Below are positions 11,598 through 24,175 of a DNA stretch of 64,000 bases, piece by piece. Each line of letters opens with the position of its first letter. Position 1 is the stretch's first letter. The notes beneath the pieces were generated by a model. That model was not told the origin of the DNA. It saw only the letters and a program-made list of their open reading frames with translations, and made no database searches. Position numbers and translations under genes: made by a program. The DNA lies in assembly GCF_041956535.1 (NCBI RefSeq), contig NW_027192200.1, forward strand, positions 46,042-110,041. Direction: 5' to 3'. Source of the DNA: Calcarisporiella thermophila CBS 279.70. Taxonomy: Eukaryota; Fungi; Calcarisporiellomycota.

Positions 11598-13187
11598 TTA
11601 GTTAGCGGGAGCCTGCTTTGGCTCCTCAGTCTCCTTGGTGGGCTCTGGCTTCTTGTCTCCAGTTTCGACGGGCTTCTCGGTGGGCTTAGGCTCTTCCTTC
11701 GTCTCAGAAGGCTTCTCAGAGGGCTTGGGTTTCTCAGAGGGCTTCTCGGAGGGCTTCTCGGAGGGCTTGGGCGTCTCGACGGGCTTTGAAGCGGTGGGCT
11801 TTCCAGAGGGCTCGAGGGTGGTGCTGGGCTTTTGGGAAGACTTGGAGGGGACGGCGCTCGACTTGCTTGCCTTAGCACGGAGGAGTCCGACATCGAATTC
11901 AAGGCGCACTCCCTTCTGCTTGTAGGGAATGGTGGCGGCAAAATCGCCGATCTTGGTGCTGACAACCGAGTCGATATCGACGTCGATGCCGTCGGGATGG
12001 TTGTTAAGGATGTCGATCAGAACCTCCTCGCTGGCGGTGAGGGCAATGGTGAGCGTGTCGGAAATCTTCTCCTGGCCGTGGGGGACCGCGATGTTAGTGT
12101 CTTGGTCGAGCTCACCCAAGGGGCCGTTCTGGTACGTGATCTTGGCCTTCATGTGGGTTACAGTGAAATCGGTGTCAAGAGGGTTGAAGAGCGAAACCGT
12201 GCCGGTGGTCTTCTTGCTGATGATGGCATCGATGCTGGCAACGGCGCGGGACTTGCGGATCAGCTTATCCTTCACTCCCGTCACGGTGGCAGGGACCTTG
12301 AGGGAGGCAAGCGAGGGCTTCAGCGAGTCGATGGGAGTCGAGTCGGTGGTTCCGACCACGACCATGTCGGAGGTTTGACCCTCGAGGTATGCCGAGAGGG
12401 CGGCGGCGCCTGCGGCAGCACCATCTCCAGTGGGATTGATGACAAGACGCCCGGTGATGGGGTTGGCACCGCGCTTAAGGTTGAGGGCCTTGAGCGAGAG
12501 GCTGCCGATCTTCTTGTCCTGATACTGGACGTCAAATGAGACATCACCGGTGTTGATGGCGATGTCAGAGGGATTTTGGAGGGTCGAGGTCAAATCGATC
12601 TGAATGCCATCCTTGGTGCCACCGACCACCTTGAGCTGCTCGACCTTAAGGGGCACGGAGGTCAGGCCGCTCATTCCCTTGAGGGTGACGTCGTTTGCGA
12701 AAGGAACTCCCTTGAACGCCTGCTCGCCGCCGGCCGTCTTGGCAACAACATCGGAGGTACCGTGCAGGTTAATGGTGGCCTGCGCTTGGGTGGTGAAAGT
12801 CTTGAGCAGCTCTTGGATTTGGGCGTGCTTGTCAGCGGCTCCCTGGAGTGGCAAGTCGGCGAACTTGAAGGTAAGCTGGCCGTTGCCGGAGCTGGCGGGG
12901 GCGCCTTCGGGAATAGAGAGGGTAGCAATATCGTCATTGCCGTACTTGACGATGGCGTTGGCCAAGTACTTCAGCACTGTGGCATCGCCATCAGCGGTGT
13001 ACTTCACAGTGACGGAGTCGGAGGCGGAAAGAGGAGAGTAAGGATCGCCCTTGGTGAAGTCGAGATCGATCGACTTGAGCTCGACGCCGTTAATGGCGAA
13101 GCCGCCGTCTCGCTTTTCAACGGGGGCACCCTGGCAGGTCGCCACAAGAGCCAGAGCAGCAACAATAGAAGTGAGTGTGAGTTTCAT
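11598..13187 (-). CDS. Secreted beta-rich protein with DUF3712/LEA2-like repeats and a C-terminal P/S/E/K/T repeat tail
   Basis: Signal peptide MKLTLTSIVAALALVATCQG, then APVEKR (Kex2-like). Repeated 'NPSDIAINTGDVSF' and 'NPLDTDFTV' motifs typical of DUF3712-type units. KPSE repeats at the C terminus. No introns; strong codon bias. Confidence 0.75.
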   Translation of the reverse strand: MKLTLTSIVAALALVATCQGAPVEKRDGGFAINGVELKSIDLDFTKGDPYSPLSASDSVTVKYTADGDATVLKYLANAIVKYGNDDIATLSIPEGAPASSGNGQLTFKFADLPLQGAADKHAQIQELLKTFTTQAQATINLHGTSDVVAKTAGGEQAFKGVPFANDVTLKGMSGLTSVPLKVEQLKVVGGTKDGIQIDLTSTLQNPSDIAINTGDVSFDVQYQDKKIGSLSLKALNLKRGANPITGRLVINPTGDGAAAGAAALSAYLEGQTSDMVVVGTTDSTPIDSLKPSLASLKVPATVTGVKDKLIRKSRAVASIDAIISKKTTGTVSLFNPLDTDFTVTHMKAKITYQNGPLGELDQDTNIAVPHGQEKISDTLTIALTASEEVLIDILNNHPDGIDVDIDSVVSTKIGDFAATIPYKQKGVRLEFDVGLLRAKASKSSAVPSKSSQKPSTTLEPSGKPTASKPVETPKPSEKPSEKPSEKPKPSEKPSETKEEPKPTEKPVETGDKKPEPTKETEEPKQAPAN

Positions 13188-13316
13188 GATGAACTTCTAG
13201 TGAATGTGTGTCAGTGAGAGGTAAAGGCAAAGTGATAGAAGGAAAGAATAGGATGAAGATGAGGCGGAACTTGGAAATAAAAAATAAAAAATTTAATACA
13301 AGGTCTGTACCTCCCC

Positions 13317-13328
13317 CCTTTTATATTC
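13317..13328 (-). promoter_or_regulatory. TATA box (GAATATAAAAGG) upstream of the secreted DUF3712-like gene
   Basis: Canonical TATAAAAG about 130 nt upstream of the ATG. The identical 12-mer occurs at 51151 upstream of the AKR gene. Confidence 0.55.
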
Positions 13329-16300
13329 TTTTTTTGCTCCCCTCCCTTTCTTCCTATTCAACTTTCTTAGAAGAGTTAGAGTTCATTTGCATTTCGGAAG
13401 TTACCCCAGATCTATAATGGAGCTGTGAAAGCGGTCAATCCAAATTGGGGGGGCGCATTCCGGTGTCGCCTCCTCTTCTTAATTGCGGTGCATTGTGTAT
13501 GACAAAGAGCATTATCGCAGCATATTGAGGCTATATTGTGTGTCACGGAGTTCAAAATGAGCTGAATATCCACGGGTGAGAACGAAGAGAGTCTGTCTGA
13601 GCTGATAACTTTAAACTAGGCAGCGAATGCATTACCCCTCCCGGCTCCGTGCGATAAAGGTGAGAGGCATCTAAGATAAGCCTTAGCTCAACTATTCCTT
13701 TCTGCCACTGCTATATGGAGCCGAGCAGTGCGGTTTGCTTGGTTTGCGACCTCTCATCTTGCTGAACCTCCAAAACTCAGATTAGGTTTCTCTTCTCTCA
13801 ATCTTGGCCAGGGATGTGACACCTGTCCGTCTTGGTCGATGAGGGAGGGCACGGCTAGAGGAAGAGGAGGGGTGGAAGCCTTCTCTTTGGGATTCCGCCC
13901 GATCGTTCTCTGGCTTGTTCCCCCACACACGGTCCACTTTTAAAGTTCTTGTATATTGTCATACCGGCGGAACTTCTCACACGCTTAGAGTATAGGCAAA
14001 AGCGCTTCACTCTATACCCTCAAACTCTTTTAGCAAAGATGCACTTAGGTGATTGAGTATTGCAATGAAGAATAGAAAGTTTGAGGTGTTTGACGGCATT
14101 GTCACTTACTCACTCCTCATCATCCCCTCTCCTTCCCCCTAATCACATGCGGGATCATGCGCAAGTACAAGAGTGATGGTGGAGGGGATGGGCGGCGAGG
14201 GGGGTAGCAGACGTCCCAACTCTATCCATGAGTTTCTTTCAGAGCGCGCATATTCCAGCAACTACTTAAAAAAAACTTCTTTTGTATCCCATATTCCGCG
14301 TATCTTAGCGGTTGATTTTTCCCGTCAAGGAATACACAGTAAGGAGATTTTGACATTGCTAATTCTTATTACAAATAGGACCTTATATTGACCGCGTTCC
14401 ATTTCACACTCAGCGCGGTTTGCACCTCTCTCCCTTCCTCTCGTCCCCTCTTCCCTCTCTCGTCCTTCGTCGAGAGACGTCACCTGATGCCCGGCGCATA
14501 GGCCGCCGCGGTCGGCAACGAGTGGCCGGATAAAACATCACTAGCCTGGGATTTCTCAGAAAAACTTTCTTGGTTCTCCCCTATACTAAGAAAGTCGGTT
14601 TGTGACTCATAATCTAATTGCGGGGTAAAATAAACCTTGAATAAACTCTATCATGATTGCATTTGTACATGAGAAATTGGAATCCGCGTAGAGAACGGTT
14701 TCCTCTTTGATTTCCCATTCTCCATAATTTCACGAGGAAGCGGAAATACATGTGAACTCCCGCTTACAAAAGAAACTAAAAATAGCCCTCGTCGCTAGTA
14801 GCACCGCATTTACTTTTCTCCTTTCACCCGCCCTTTTCTCTTGTTTCACGGCCCACTAGACTATGCACCGATAAACTGATGTTTCTCCATGCTAAAAGCG
14901 GCGAGCACTGGGAAATTAAAATGAGCGAGCAGTATCTGGTTCACGGCCATATCCCTATGATCAACGCATCATCAAGGGCAGCCTCGGCGCTTATAGCCCC
15001 TTCAATGAGGCTGAGGCTAATTCCAAAGGAATCGTGCAACCAACCCAACCCAAAAGCAAAGGCTATCGGCATTGCGCACGAAGGTTCGACCCATGAAGCG
15101 GTCAACAGCGCAACAAAGCAACCGTTTTGCGTATTGATCCTCTCTTCTGATGCAACCCACTCGAGCTGGTCAGCGCTGGGGAGTTGATTGGGTTCTCAGA
15201 TAAACTTGGATGTGCCAGAATTCAGTTCAATGACGATTCGCAAGCATCGGCGTATTTGGGTTGCCTGAGCCTCTGCCTCCAACGGAAAGCTTATGCGCTG
15301 TCTGCGCATTGGTGGGCTTAGTGGTATTTTGCTGCTGCCGTTACTAGACGTGCCGTTTTGTGAGCTAAGCGACGGCGCACCTCCAGCCTATTTCTTGGGC
15401 GATTGCGTCTAGGTCAAAGCGCCACGCTCAAACTGTATCCTCTCGGCACTAAATCATATGTCAGAGGGGACGCCATCTACCATCTATCTTGTTTTCCCTT
15501 CCTTTTCGGAACAGAGTATGTTCTGCTTGTGCCATCGCCAAGTGTTGGACGCTCCCCCTCATAACCTCTCACTTGAAAAGTAGCTATCACCACCAGAATT
15601 TGTAACACTTTGACCGATCCCATGCTATACCTCGACCAACCTGTCTTCTAGTACCTCTTGGTTTGGCCAGGGAACCCCCAATACCCCCCCCCCCCCTAGC
15701 ACTGTTCCAAATTGATCATGAATACCTCGGAGATTAAGATCCATTTTGCTATCGATAGAGGTCAGCAGTCAATGTCGTTAGTGGAACGAACGGATATCTC
15801 TGGAGCCATAGCTCATGGTGCAAAAACTTCACTGCATTGGATGGATATTAATGTTCTTCCCAATAATATAACCTAAAACTTAACTCTACAAAAGGTATAG
15901 GCTGCTGAATGACAGGCCTTCTCCTTCATTCTAACTTTCCAGACATAGCTTAGCCGTTTGCACAATGGAATTCTTAATTATGTTAATCTTGAGCTTCATC
16001 GAAGCTATGTACCTCGTAACCCTCTACACCCATCAGGCCCCTGTATGATTTTTATCCACGTAACAGTTTGCCTTTGGAATGTATAAGAAAATCTTTTTAC
16101 TTGAAAAACCAAGCATCAGCTAAAAAGATAAATGGTTTCCAATATAAGATAAACTTTTGCTGATGACAGAAATGTACTGTCAGTCACATATTAGGCTGGT
16201 GTGCTAATGGTGAGTGGTCTCGTTGGCTGAAAAAGGCTGTTATTTGGATTCATTTCCTGCAATTTCATATATAAGAGTGATGCTCACGAATCCTATACTA

Positions 16301-16435
16301 ATTGACAGTCACGGGTGATGTCAACACAGCGATTGTTTTCCAGACTTGGTCGAAGTAGATCTATTTGTTTTAACATCCCCCAACACCACATAATAAACAC
16401 ACGAGACTGGGAGAGAAAGCGAAAGTGATCACAGC

Positions 16436-16964
16436 ATGTCGACAAAAGTGCAAAAGATTATGGTTCAACCCATCAACCTGATTTTCAGGTATCTGCAAAA
16501 TGTGAGTAGATGTGTGATTCACCTTGTAGTACGATTGAATTTTCTTTCATCAGCCGAAATTAATTGTCTCGCGTTGCTCTGTCTTTAGAGATCAAAGGTT
16601 CAGGTCTGGCTTTATGAACAGCTGGACATGAGACTTGAGGGTCGCATCATTGTGAGTTGATAAGGTCGCTTCTCTCCCATGATGAAAACATTTGATTAAT
16701 ATTTTTTATTTTTATTTCTTGGCCGGCAGGGTTTTGACGAGTTTATGAATTTAGTGCTGGATGATGCTGAAGAGATCCATCAGAAAAAGCAGACACGAAA
16801 ACAACTAGGTACATTTTCCTTTCTGCCGATTTTCCTTGATCGTACATCACTCTCACCCCTGTAATATATACTAATAATTATACGCTTGCTCTCTCTTTTC
16901 TAATCTAGGTCGCATCCTCTTGAAGGGAGATAATATCACGTTAATCCAAGCAGTGAGTCAATAG
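16436..16964 (+). CDS. SME1: Small nuclear ribonucleoprotein E (SmE), exons 16436-16501, 16589-16651, 16730-16808, 16909-16964; absent from the ORF track
   Basis: Spliced translation [22 protein letters not shown]|[21 protein letters not shown]|[26 protein letters not shown]|[18 protein letters not shown]. Three GT-AG introns. Confidence 0.97.
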
Positions 16965-17377
16965 GGTGTGCCGAGCCCGATGTGGCTAGAAAAGTTCGGG
17001 GGGCCGATATCTTCTTATACTTTGTGTGCGTGTTTATTCAAGTCTATCCCTTCTATTGTAAATATATAAAGATATTTGCTTTATATCGCTCAGTTGCTTT
17101 GGCATTTTTGTATAAATGAGGGAGACTGTGGAAAAGTGTAAAAAAGGGAAATAGAGTGGAAGAAAAAAAAGAATCCAGAGGAATAACAAGCCATAAAATT
17201 AATTCTTTATTTTAAGCCATAAAGGAAAACAAAAAATGCTTTGCTTTATACACACATACACAGTTCATGATTATCCTTATCGACCATCGAGGATGAGCCC
17301 ATCCCCCGCTTAGATTTTTGTTTTTTTAGAAGAGACATTGGTATCTATACACGTCCCTCGCCTTCACAATGCCGCAT

Positions 17378-18791
<1,414 letters not shown>

Positions 18792-19615
18792 TTAAAACGA
18801 GGATGAAGAGTCGTCAAAGAGGAAAAAAAAGGAGATTTTTTATGGTGCCGAAGCCAAAAGAAAAATGGGACAAGAAACCCCAAGTTGGCTTGCGCGTGCG
18901 AAAATTTAACAGGGGTATTAGTGGCTTAGTAGTTGCGTTGGGTTCCACACGGTGGACTCAACTTAAGATAAGGTGATAAAAAATCAACTGACAAATGTAT
19001 ACAAGCAAAAAAAAAATTGTTTACATATCAAGATAACTGATAAACTAATTATACTTGCTTATATTTGACAAGATAAAACTGGGTTTCAATGTAATAATGC
19101 AAGCTTGGCTTTTTTTTCGTTATCTATGCTCACCACAATGGTGATCTTTTCATGCTGCAATAGCGATAATTCAACCACGAAAAAATATAACCAGGGGTCT
19201 AGCCTGGCTGAGCGAATTTAGAGCCGTTGCTTTGTAAACATACTCGGTGTCCACTTTTGGCTATGAAAAAGCCTAAGGTGGCCTCCTGTCTTTAGAGTGT
19301 TATCTAAAAATATAGAGACAGAAGCGCTATGCCCAAATAAAAAATACATGTGCCCCCCCTATTTACTTGGGAAGTTCAATTTAGCTACAGGATTGGTCGT
19401 GGTAATTTAATCAAACTCGCTTGAAAAATAAATCGCCAATCGATCGAATAGATTACAATTCAACGTTTTCAGCGAGCTCCAAGATTACACATAATTACAT
19501 CCATAGTAAATGACGTTTTGTGTGAAGAAAGAAGAATAATACAGTAATTAAAATCGGATATAAGGTTAAGGTTAGCAAGAAAGGAGGGTATCCGTTTTGC
19601 CTCCCAATTGCTCGC

Positions 19616-21685
19616 CTAGAAAGTGTTGGAAATCCAACGGTTGAAAAAGAATCTAGTAGAAGAGAAGAGAGATTATGTCATTTCCCAAATTATTTTTAAA
19701 GGACCGCAGGGCATAAGCAAAACTTACAGTGAATTAGCAGGCTGATCATAGGGTGCCATATGACCTGCATTAAACACACGCAAGAACGCAAAGCGATTAT
19801 CCGCAGTCTTGCGAACCTCTCCGACATTATTTCCATAGGGTTTGTCTCCCGCACCATTGAATTCCTTGTTCCCTGACCACGGCAGAGCAAGAGTCCACGC
19901 CTTGTTACCGTACCAATTGCCTAACATAGAAATCAAACTAGGGTGAGAGGCCCATTTGGGGACGGGTTCTTACAGCGATGCTACTTACAGATATAATCAG
20001 CTGTTCAAGGATCAAGCCGAGAATAAATAATATTAAAAAGAATGGGATAAGGGGAATTGTTAGTTGGTTTAGGCGAATGGGGTCAAAGAATCTATCACAT
20101 ACCATCTCCGGCTGTAATTGGATTGATAGAATCAAACGGAGAGGAAGAGGAGAGAAATGGTCAGTCATAGCCTAATATTTTTACGCATGCAATTCCCCGA
20201 GCTTACCATAGACCAAAATGCGAACTCCGTCCTCCAGCAGCGGAGGGAGGAGTCTTTGCGAGGGCATCATCCAATCCCCAGCACTGACGAAATTGTTATA
20301 CACATCGAAGTTGCAGCTCTCATATTTGCTAACCTTGGCTCCCACCGCCTTCTTGACATCGGCGCGATTGAGGTAGCTCTCGATGGCATCCGTGATGGGA
20401 TAGCAGAGGCCACCCCCGGTGCATTCTTTGCGGATGTCGTAGATGTTCTTCCCTGTCGATTGGAATGGTGAAATCATCACTTGGTTGCAGTAGCTTGTCG
20501 CCCTTTCGCATGTGCCTGCATCACCCGTTGCGTAGCAGTTGCTGATCTGTCGTGAGCAAGTGGGGGAGCTCTGGTTCATCCGCGCGCACTGCGTGCGAGA
20601 GAGCACAGGCCTATAGGTGTTTCGGCATCCCATTTGCTCGTAGTATTTGTACTGGACAAGGGGGTCCGTGAGCCCATTACCGATCAACAAAGACTTCAGG
20701 TTTATCTTTTGGAGAGTATTGGCTTGAGCTTTGAGGACATCACTCTCGAAGCTGCCCTTGTTGCTCTTATGGATAACCGAGCCAATATTGGGCACGTAAT
20801 GGCCTAAGGGATGAATTTTGCGTTAAATGTGCGATGAAAAAGGAAGAATAGAAAGATCCCCTTCAAGGTAAAGTGTCCTCAAACTTACCGGCGTAGCTCT
20901 CTCCGGCGACGTGGAAATCCACCTTGGCAAATTTCGGGTTCTCCTTCAGGAAGAGTTGCAGGAAAGCATACACATCTTTCGCGGCCATCAACGAGGTTGA
21001 GGTGTCTGAGTTTCCATAGGAATACCCGACGTTCAAAGGCTATGTCAAGCAGAGTAAAGAAAGGTTCAGTACCACACTACAAGCTCAATGTATGGCCATG
21101 TCCGCCAAATCATCCAAGCTACGGTACCTGATCTAGGAAAATGACGCTTGCGTTGCTATTCCACCCGAACTTGTTAAAGTCCGTGCCTGAGCCATTTTCA
21201 CGCATGCGGCATGGCCTAACGTCGGGGGTGGTTAATGGTCAGTGTGTGCGAGTTCAACCCTCTCAGTTGTCAAAATCGAGCACTTACCCCAACTCCATGA
21301 ACAATCCCATCATGGACGAGCATCCCGGGCCACCATTAAGCCAGATCACAAGAGGGTCCTTTTCAGGATTGCTGCGAGACTCAAAGAACCAGAAGAAAAA
21401 GTGACTATCTCTGTCTGTGTCAAGATAGCCCGAGATCTATTTCCATCAAGAACAGCTGAGCATCTAACCGCTTATATAGTCAAGGAAAGGCAATGCTCAA
21501 GTTACCTGTTTGACAGTTGGATCGCAAAGAGTAGGGTTCTGATAACGGAGGGCGTGGTCGGGGAATGCTGGATGCGTTGCTACTTTAAACTCTCCCGACT
21601 CAGTACTTGCTGCCGTTTGATTCTCAAGCGCAAAAGTTGCGCCCAAGAGCAGCGTCAATAATAATAATATCAATGTCACTCGCAT
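19616..21685 (-). CDS. Serine carboxypeptidase, family S10 (carboxypeptidase Y-like), 9 exons including micro-exons 20103-20111 and 19989-20000
   Basis: Signal peptide, [29 protein letters not shown]|[14 protein letters not shown]|HY, YAGDADYICNWYGN (assembled through the micro-exons), [20 protein letters not shown]. Confidence 0.93.
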
Positions 21686-24175
21686 AACTCTTCTAGGCGA
21701 ATAATCAACAAGAGAAGTAGGAGGAAGAGGATGCCGGGATAGACGAAAGGGCGGAAAGGAGCGCTAAGGATTCCAAAATTTCTAAATCCACGACGACCAA
21801 ATGGTCTTTTTATTGCAACCGAACGGTTTTCTTCATCACTTAAGTTTAGCGGAGTACAGGGTAAGATTCAATGAAAACGGTTTTCGGGTCATGCACTCCT
21901 TCATTCCCAATATCTCCCGCTTGAAGCCTCAAGCTGACTCAGCACTAGCCTCGGCAGTACTAAATTTAGGGGGCGTTGTCAGATCCATCTCGGATCGTTG
22001 CCCACACCGACAGACAGCTTATTTAATTTTACAGTTTTCATTGCTTGATATTCTATCCAATTTTCAATTTAATTTCTTGTCTCGCGTGAGATTGAACACG
22101 AGAAACACATTCCAAGTGCGATCGCACTCAGCCACCCCGCACCTAACCTAGTTTGAGGTAAATCCCGACCCGATTTGGTCTAATTCTGACTGCCATAGCC
22201 AAGAGTTACCGCGAGAATTAGTAGAGTTTGAACTTTGTCTTTCCATCAGCATTCCTCTAGGATGACCTCACGGGTCTGGGTGCATTTTTGGGCCTACTAC
22301 GGGACTGAATAGAGGCAAGTAGCATTACCCCATTGACAGCATTCAACCATGACTTCCTTCTGGTGAAAACGGCTGTAAGAAAATAGGCGGACGTGTGCAT
22401 CACCCGACGCTGATGGATAGATTCACAATGAAGGGCCCTCTGACCAAAAGGATGTGTCTTTGCTTGGAAAGCTCTAACCTCTTTTTTGAGCCACATGAAC
22501 TTACTGCTATGCTCTAGTGAGGCATCTCTCTATTCCTTGGGGACAAGGGCCATTAGGGTTCCGTAAAGGTGTATACCCTATCCATTTTCATTAACACGAG
22601 GCTAACCCTAAATCTACCCAACACATATCGGCTTAGATAAATAAGCGCTAAATTTACCTAGAATCATATCTATCTTTCGTAATCAATGCGTTAAAGCAGA
22701 GGGGAAATGAAGTGTCACTCTTGGCAATATGCCACTAAAGTCTGGAATAAAACAAAAAGAAAAAAGGTATAGTGTGCACCACTAACTCGCCGGGCCTACA
22801 GGCTTATTAAACCTTCGGCTCTTCCGTCGCTTAGTTAACCGATTGGCAATCCGTTCCTTCCGTCATTCTTTGTCATGTTATCCTATCAATATAGGAAAGC
22901 ATGATAAAAAAATGTATGTATCAGGATCTCAGAATAGCCAGTATGGTTATAGCCCCAGCTTACCCAAGCCTGTGGTCGTCAACATTAATGAGCCAAGCAT
23001 GGCTAACTCCTACCTCCACGAGTAAGGCTCATTGATTGCTTGCTCCCTTGCATACACTTACAGTTGTTTTAGCTTGCTTGTTTTCCATTTTGTGAGATTA
23101 TCCTCATTTAGGGAAAAATCAAGGGAATAGTGTTATCCTGGCTTTATTACCGCAGCAATGGCCTGCGATGATTAGATACAAGATGGAGCGGGTATTTTAG
23201 CAAAAGTTTCAGCATTCTATGGAGGGCCTGAACTTGGGTTTACTTATAGATTCACAAAGATTTGCATGTGTTTTCAATCCTCGAGAAAGCGAGCCCTGGA
23301 CGACTGGAGTTTGAGCATTTTATTGCAGGAACTTAAATACCCCCTGCCATCTGCAAATTTAGGCATCTCCGCTTGTCAAAGCCACCGTGGGTTAAGCTGA
23401 CCCTAGAGAAATGAAATTCATCAGATCTGCCCAGATCAGGTTGATTGCTGAATTAGGAGAAAAGGACTAGAAATCGAAGTGGTCAGTCCACCACCATGAC
23501 GGTGCGCAGTCGCTTGGCACTTATCTCTTCCAAATATCTAGTTTGACAAGGCACTCCTTGCCAAGGCGAGGGAAGCAACTCCGGCCCAGCTTGGATGTGA
23601 TTTTGAGCCACTCTTAACTCTACTTCTAACACGGCCACCACCTGGGTCTTATGTTGAACTAGGTTGCCATGGAATTTTCATTGTTAACCAGACCTCGTTT
23701 GGGTCGCATGCCGTTAGTTCATTGTTGAAAGAACAATAACACTAATCGATATTATAAACAGCATAAAGAATGAAAAGACACAAAATGGGGGGGGGGGGGA
23801 GGGGGAGGGGAGGAGAGAGGAGAAAAGGTTGCCTAGCAGGCAAAGAGAGACACAATAAACAAAACCTTTAACAATATCAACCAGAAAAGTCGAGAAAATA
23901 TTATATAGACTAATAGCTTTTACACTTTTTCAAAATCAATTATGGATAGATATTTATGTAAAAAAGAAGGAGATAGAATGAGTATTATGGCAGGGGTAAA
24001 GAAGGTAAAATGGAAGAGAGTTGAGATAATATATGAATAACAAATGATGCTAGTGGATAGAATAAGATATGGGAAAGGTTTACAGAGGGGAAATAGCGGG
24101 GTGATTTTGATCGTGTGGAGGGGAGAGGATTTCCCCACCATAGGGAGAAGGGGCAAGGGGGTGGTGCGTCATCCC

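Noticed and set aside
11832-13217. Long + strand ORFs antisense to the secreted 529-aa gene
   Set aside because: Codon-bias shadow ORFs.
14879-15400. Short ORFs on both strands upstream of SmE
   Set aside because: No recognisable motifs or consistent splice structure.
2228-16964. Spliceosomal gene cluster (BRR2 + SmE)
   Set aside because: Only two genes, separated by unrelated loci; compatible with chance.
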